This document shows, piece by piece, positions 57,801 to 64,000 of a stretch of DNA of 64,000 bases; position 1 is the stretch's first letter, and each line of letters opens with the position of its first letter. Location: assembly GCA_025594325.1 (NCBI GenBank), contig JANHCV010000016.1, positions 248,001-312,000 of the forward strand, in the 5' to 3' direction. The notes under the pieces were generated by a model. That model was not told where the DNA came from, searched no databases, and worked only from the letters and a program-made list of their open reading frames with translations. Source of the stretch: Blastocladiella emersonii ATCC 22665. Taxonomy: Eukaryota; Fungi; Blastocladiomycota. Both the position numbers and the translations under genes were made by a program.

Positions 57801-59040
57801 CGCGCCCGCGCTGGACGACGGTGCTCTGCCCGTCGGTATCCGCGTCCGAGTGCGGATCGACGGCGGACGGGACCGCGAGACTCGACGGCCGCGGGGTCGG
57901 CCCACCACCACCTGGCGCGGTAGTATCGCAGATGATCGTCTCGTCGGCGTGCGTGGGCTGCAGCGAGCCGGACGCGCCGACCATGATGGACGCGGGGCGC
58001 GGCGCCGAGAGGTCGCGGCGGCGGCGGTGCCGCGCGGCGTCGGCGGCCGAGCGCGTGAGGGAGCCCGTGTTGATCCCCGTGCCGGTGCCGGAAAGAAGCA
58101 TCGAGGCGCGAAGGCTTTCGGGGATCGCGGGGACGGCGGGCGTCGCCGCGGCGGTCGGCGGGGTGGTCGAGACGGGTCCGCTGGCAGTCGACGAGAACGA
58201 GGCGGCAATGGACGAGCCGAGGAGCGGCGGGGTGTCCACGTCTGGGTTGCTCCCAAGCGAGCCCGACGACGGGCGGCGCGGGTCGCCGGACGTCAGGATG
58301 GACGCGGAGCTCGAGTCCTTGCGCTACAGGGTCGCTGACAAGTCAGCTCCACGGATCCGCAGCTAGAACCCACCAAAGCGTACCGTGATAGCCTCTTCCT
58401 GCGGCGACTCGAGGCGCAGCGCAGACAAGTTCCCGATCGAGTGCGACTTGCGCTTGTGCACGATCCCCGCGGGAGTCGCCGCGACGGGCGTCGCGGGCGA
58501 CGACGACGCACCGCCCTCGGCACCAGGCGACGTTGGCGAGGGCGGCGCGAGCGGCTCGAGCGTGATGACGAACGGGCTCGACGCGGTGGTCACGGGCGGG
58601 TGGACGAGGTCGTCGGCGGGCGGGCCCGTGTGGTGGTTCGGGTCGCCGAGCGACGACACGAGCGACGACATGACGACGGGGCTCGTGAGGGAGCGCGCGC
58701 GCAGCACGCCTGCGGTCGGCGGCGCCATGGGCGAGGTCGGCGAAGCTAGCGGCGACACGAACGGCGGGGACGCGAGCACGGGCGACACGACGGGCGACGA
58801 CGATCCGAGCGCGCGGGCGCTCGCGCTGTTGCTCGTTGGCAGCGGGGACACTGAGTCGGCCGCCTCGCGGGTCGCGTGGGCAGCGTCCTCGTCCTCGGCC
58901 TCCGGCTCGGGGAGCGACGCCGACGACGTGCCGCCGACCAGCGTGCTCCCGTACTCGTCGTCGGTGCCGGCGGTGGTCGCATCGCCAATACCCGGCGGGA
59001 GCGGCGGGAACTCTTCGACGGCGCGCGGGTCGGCCATCAT
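54847..59040 (-). CDS. GRAM + VASt (StARkin) lipid-transfer protein with C-terminal TM (LAM/Ltc/Ysp2 family)
   Basis: Introns 58324-58383 and 57579-57647. GRAM: YHCAMEKEENWVGRLYLTDRHLCFQGK. VASt: RTLNYRV...PGAPYGSSFVTQARVC...MMEGKIEGSG. TM LLVLAVALTVANALYAVWVAY. Confidence 0.88.
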
Positions 59041-59389
59041 CGTCACGAGGAGAAGGCGACCGCGTCGTCGTTTTCGGGGAACGCGGGTGAGACCTCGCCG
59101 AGTCGAGTCGATGCGTTGCAGGTAGAGGGACGCCCGTGTAGCGCGATTCTGCGGTGTCGTCCGAGAGCAGGAGCGCGGATTCGACGACACCGAGGCAGCG
59201 AGCGCGCCAAGAAGAAAGCGTCGACGCGCCGTCGCGCTGCGCGCCGTCATCCGACGCCACGGCGTGAGCGCGACCGCGCGGTGAGAGACGCTGCCGCGAG
59301 CGCGTGAGGTCTTGCTGTCCTCCCCGCCCTCCCTCACGGCGCCGACGAACCGCACCCTGACTCCCTGCAACGCATCGACACCGACCGCC

Positions 59390-59786
59390 ATGGCCGAACG
59401 CACCGTGGCCACGCCCTTTGACCTGGTCAAGCTGTCGCTCGACGAGAAGATCCTCGTCAAGCTGCGCGGCAACCGCGAGCTGACGGGCAAGCTGCACGTG
59501 CGTGCTCCAGCGCCGACATGATGACAGCGGCGCCTGAGACGCCTCGCGAGTGTGTAGGCGTACGACGAGCACCTCAACATGGTGCTGGGCAACGTCGAGG
59601 AGACGGTGACGCTGGTGGATCTCGACGAAAGCATGACGGCGCAGGGGACGCGGGTACGGGTTGCATCGCTCCGTGCCGCCACCGTGAAAGCTCACACATC
59701 GAGCGCGCGCGTAGACGCTCAAGCGGTCCGTCGACATGCTCTTCGTGCGCGGCGACGGCGTGATCCTCGTCTCGCCCCGCGCCTAG
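59390..59786 (+). CDS. LSM3: U6 snRNA-associated Sm-like protein LSm3
   Basis: [29 protein letters not shown]|[16 protein letters not shown]...|[14 protein letters not shown]; two introns. Confidence 0.95.
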
Positions 59787-59900
59787 CCCACCACGCTCCT
59801 GTACAAACCAATAAACACGCGTCGATGAAATCATCAAGTAAATGTATTGTGTGAGGGACACGCCCTCGACGACGACCGGCAACCGGTCGCTCCCCCTCCC

Positions 59901-60027
59901 TTACTCGCGGACGACGACGGCCGCGGCGCCCATGCCGGTGCCGATGCACATGGACACGACGCCGACCTTCTTGCCCTGGCGCTTGAGCTCGGGCAGGAGC
60001 GTGGCGATCTGGCGCGCGCCCGTGCAC

Positions 60028-60060
<33 letters not shown>

Positions 60061-61208
60061 TTGGGGTTCACCTTCTCGTACGGGATCTTGAGGTGGTCAA
60101 TCGACATGACCGCCTGCGACGCGAACGCCTCGTTGATCTCGAAGATGTCGACCTGGTCGACCGTGAGGCCCGTCTTGCGGAGCACCTCGGGGATGGCGAA
60201 CGCCGGGCCGACACCCATGATCTTGGGCGGCACGCCGACGGCCGCGAAGTTGACGAACTTGCCAATGATCGGGAGGCCGAGCTTCTCGGCGACCGAGCGG
60301 CGCGCGAGGAGAACGGCGGCGGCGCCGTCCGACACCTGCGACGCGTTGCCGGCCGTGGTGCAGCCGTCGGCCGAGAAGGCGGGCTTGAGCTTGGCGAGGC
60401 CCTCGGGCGTGGTGCCGGCGCGGATGCCGTCGTCGGCGGCGATGGTCACGGGCTTGCCGTCGGGGCCGTCGATCGTCACGGGGATGATCTCGTCCTTGAA
60501 CAGACCCTCCTTCTGCGCCTTGGCCGCCTTGATGTGCGACGCGGCCGCGAGCGCGTCCTGCTTGGCGCGGGGCACGTTGTACTGCTTGGCCACGTTCTCG
60601 GACGTGATGCCCATGGGGAGCAGGCAGTCGGCGGCCGCGTCGAGCGACGTCACCTTGTCCGACGTCGACGACGGCATGGCGCCGGGCCCGTAGCCGAGCG
60701 TCATGGACTCGACACCGGCGCCGATGCCAATGTCGATCTGGCCGACGGCAATCGCGTTGGCAATCGACGACACGGCCTGGAGACCCGACGAGCACTGGCG
60801 GTTGATGGTCGACAGCGCCGTGGTGTCGGGGAAGCCGGCGTACAGCGCCGCCATGCGGGCCACGGTCGCACCGCCGCCGGGCGGGAGCACGTTGCCGACC
60901 TGGATGTCCTGGACGAGCTTGGGGTCGATGCGCGTCTTCTCAATCGTCGCCTTGAGCACGGCCGCGAGCAGCTCCTCGGGGTGCGTCTGCGCGAACCCGC
61001 CCTTGCGCGCGCGCGTGATGGGCGTGCGCAGCGCCGACACGATCACAACGTCGTTGGGCGACTTGACGTTGACCGAGGCTACACGCGTGGGGGGAGGATT
61101 CGACGAGTGAGGTCGCGTTCATGCACGCAGGTGGTCCATGGCGGCGAGTGCATGCATACGCTGGGCAATCTGCGAAGTGATCTGCTGGACGCGAGCGGTG
61201 GCCGACAT
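59901..61208 (-). CDS. POT1: Peroxisomal 3-ketoacyl-CoA thiolase
   Basis: NRQCSSG, NEAFA, GHPLG and CIGTG catalytic motifs. Short first exon MSATARVQQITSQI carries a PTS2-like signal (R-V-x5-Q-I), then an intron near 61080-61159. Confidence 0.93.
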
Positions 61209-61734
61209 TGCTGATGTATGGGGTACACGAATCCGTGGGTAGGGGAGCGAGGGTGGGTGGCAGGGCGGGCGGGTCCCTTTTGTACGCTGGCCCGCAGCCG
61301 TGCGGTGGCGACCAAGTGCGCACTTCGTCGGCGTGGTCAGCCGGTCATGGTCGCGTATGAAATTCGTTCCGGGTCAGCCGAGACGCGTCGCCGTCACCGC
61401 GTGCGCTGACGTCATGGCCACCATTGCCCTCTCGGATGCGCGGAGCTTGCGAACCCTGACTGCTGGGCAGCGTCGAATATGTCATTGATATTACTGTAGT
61501 ACCTTGCGCCTTGCATTTCATAATTCTGTGAGAGACAGAGTGGTATCGCGGTGAAGTGCATACCGATCCTGCCACAGCCACCCAAGAAGCGTGACCCGTG
61601 ACGTACGGGCTTCGCGTGTGCAGCGCGCGCCGAGCCGCTGTTCGTCTCGTCGACGCGTTCTTCATCCGCTGCCCGCGCCGCCAGCACCACGGAGCACGCA
61701 TCCACACTCACACGAAACTCAACGAATCAACATC

Positions 61735-62723
61735 ATGGACCGTCTGCAGCGACTCCTGGGCCAGGTCGGCGGCATGGGCGGCGTGCAGCCGGGCGCCGAC
61801 ACGCCCGCCATGGACACGGCCGAGGTGGTGCACATCTCGTCGCTGGCGCTGCTCAAGATGCTCAAGCACGGCCGCGCCGGCGTCCCCATGGAGGTCATGG
61901 GCCTCATGCTCGGCGAGTTTGTCGACGACTACACGGTGCGCGTCATCGACGTGTTCGCCATGCCGCAGTCGGGCACCGGGGTCTCGGTCGAGGCCGTCGA
62001 CCCCGTCTTCCAGACCAAGATGCTCGACATGCTCAAGCAGACTGGCCGGTGCGTTGTCCCCGCCGACCTGCTCCTCCCGTTCGATCGCTCACCGCAAAAC
62101 GTAGCCCCGAGATGGTCGTCGGGTGGTACCACTCGCACCCCGGGTTCGGGTGCTGGCTGTCGAGCGTGGACGTGAACACGCAGCAGTCGTTCGAGGCGCT
62201 GAACCAGCGCGCCGTGGCCGTGGTCGTGGACCCGATCCAGTCGGTCAAGGGCAAGGTGGTCATTGACGCGTTCCGCACCATCAACCCGCAGTCGCTCATG
62301 CTGGGCCAGGAGCCGCGCCAGACCACGTCCAACATTGGCCACCTCAACAAGCCGTCGATCCAGGCCCTGATCCACGGCCTCAACCGCCACTACTACTCGA
62401 TCGCCATCAACTACCGGAAAAACGACCTCGAGCAGCAGATGCTCATGAACCTGCACAAGAAGGACTGGACCGCCGGCCTCGTCCTCGAGGATTTCGCCGT
62501 GCGCGCCGAGGCCAACGCCGGCGCCGTCAAGCAGCTGCTCGCCCTCGCCGACCTCTACAACAAGTCGGTCGTCGAGGAGCAGACCCTCACGGCGCAGCAG
62601 CTCAAGGTCCGCCACGTCGGCAAGCAGGACCCGAAGCGCCACCTCGAGGAGAACGTCGACCGCCTCATGGCCGACAACATTGTGCAGACGCTCGGCACCA
62701 TGCTCGACACGGCCGCCTTCTGA
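61735..62723 (+). CDS. RPN11: 26S proteasome lid deubiquitinase RPN11
   Basis: [22 protein letters not shown] motif [17 protein letters not shown]; intron 62049-62104. Confidence 0.97.
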
Positions 62724-62834
62724 GAGTGTACGCGGAGAGTACAGATCGAGAGATGAATACACTGCTTGGTGATGATTGGACAAGCGAGTCGCGCGCGCAA
62801 CGAAATGTATTCACAAGCAAGCAAGCTACACCCC

Positions 62835-63734
62835 CTACTCCTTCTTGAACTTTTCGGCAAAGTAGGCCTTGACCTGGTCGCCGCCAAACACCATGCACAC
62901 GGTGAGGTACACGGACAGGCCGATGCGCGGGGTAACGCCGCGGTAGAAGCCGAGGAAGCCGTTGTTCTGGTAAATGTACTTTGCGGTCGTCCAGATGTTG
63001 AGGTTGGCGGGGCGGTCGGCGGCCTTGGCGGCCGACTGCATCTCGACGCGGATCACCTCGATGGGCTGGTTCCAGCACGCGAGGGCGCCGCCGATCACCG
63101 ACGACGCGATGCGCTCGCCGACCGTCAGCTTGCGGTGCTTGTCGTCGCCCTTCATGACGCGCTCCGTGAGGCGCGAGATGCCGAGGCGCGAGCCCCAGTT
63201 GGTCATCTGGCGCACGGCCACGGCGCTCACGCCCTTGTTGAGGCCGCGGATCCCCTCGCGCCGGAACACGTCGGCGGCGACCGCCCACGTCGACTGGGTC
63301 GCGGCGCCCACGGCCTTGTGGCGCGTCACCTCGACCGTCTTCATGAACGTGCAGAAGCCCATGGTCGTGTACGCCTGCGCGAGCCCGCCGCCCATGCCGC
63401 CGACGAGCCCGGCCATGGCGGGCGACGCGTCGAGCTTGGTGCGCGCCTGGTACTCGATCTCGGACGACGCGAACAGCAGCACGCCGCCTTTCGTCGACGC
63501 CTCGATCCACGCCCACGGGATCAGGCCCTGCCAGAAGCCGGCCAGGCCGCCGCGCTGGTACGTCTTCTGGATCGCCGTCTTGAGGTTGTCGCCGCGGTTC
63601 GCCGCCATGTGCGTCTTGACCACCTCGAACGGCTGGCCCAGCGTCGACACCTCGAACGTCTGGATCGCGGCACCGATCGCCAGGTTCTGCCACGAGAAGG
63701 CCTTCTTCTGCACGACGTCGGTGGTGGTGGGCAT
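62835..63734 (-). CDS. YHM2: Mitochondrial citrate/2-oxoglutarate carrier
   Basis: KKAFSWQNLAIGA...EVSTLGQPFEVVKTHMAANR, GLIPWAWIEASTKG, RQMTNWGSR, WNQPIEVIRVEMQ; ATG at 63734. Confidence 0.9.
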   Translation of the reverse strand: MPTTTDVVQKKAFSWQNLAIGAAIQTFEVSTLGQPFEVVKTHMAANRGDNLKTAIQKTYQRGGLAGFWQGLIPWAWIEASTKGGVLLFASSEIEYQARTKLDASPAMAGLVGGMGGGLAQAYTTMGFCTFMKTVEVTRHKAVGAATQSTWAVAADVFRREGIRGLNKGVSAVAVRQMTNWGSRLGISRLTERVMKGDDKHRKLTVGERIASSVIGGALACWNQPIEVIRVEMQSAAKAADRPANLNIWTTAKYIYQNNGFLGFYRGVTPRIGLSVYLTVCMVFGGDQVKAYFAEKFKKE

Positions 63735-64000
63735 GGTGGAGGTGTAGCTACGCGAGCGTGGGCGTCCGTGAGCAAGCGGGAGGGCACGCAAGGGCGCAGC
63801 GAGCAGGATGCATACAGTCAAGTGAGCGCGTGTGGCGAGACGCGAGGACTTCTTGGCAGGGAGAGAGAGCGAGGTCCGAATCCAGGTCAGCCAGGAATAC
63901 GGAGGCGGGTCAAAGAGCGTGAACGCCTCCCGCTGAGCCGTGCCGCGCCGGCAGGTGACGTCGTCGCCCACCGATCAGATGCAGCAGGCCGGCACGAATT

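Noticed and set aside
1-64000. rRNA, tRNA or intact transposase/RT genes; prokaryotic origin of the window
   Set aside because: None recognised by eye (tRNAscan/Infernal not run); pervasive spliceosomal introns and eukaryote-specific genes exclude a prokaryote.

Overview
Eukaryotic, gene-dense, GC-rich window with short spliceosomal introns (GTACGT/GTGCGT donors, CTAAC/CTGAC branch points, YAG acceptors). Two axonemal/IFT genes (WDR19/IFT144, CFAP57) plus fungal-type housekeeping genes (YHM2, peroxisomal thiolase, RPN11, LSM3, LAM sterol transporter, GliK-like GGCT) point to a flagellated zoosporic fungus, probably Blastocladiomycota-like (inference, not verified). Most long ORFs in the track are antisense or out-of-frame shadows, so I rebuilt about 25 spliced genes by hand. 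Highlights: (1) two nearby, TATA-driven small paralogues with DAP/DAPL1-like motifs (PAxxxGGxR ... DxHP ... QPR), candidate ribosome-dormancy factors for zoospores; (2) a probable iron module of three tandem ferric-reductase-like genes with plant-FRO-like topology, ATCWGAT GATA-type sites and an adjacent BolA2/Fra2; (3) a ~1.8 kb lower-GC insert in that array, bounded by an exact 18-bp direct repeat; (4) a PTPS intron whose two ends sit in a 16-nt direct repeat, suggesting recent intron gain; (5) a start codon apparently assembled by splicing; (6) a lower-GC F-box/helical-repeat island; (7) a secreted LPMO-fold-like protein with novel acidic Cys repeats. No database searches were run; family assignments rest on motif recognition.
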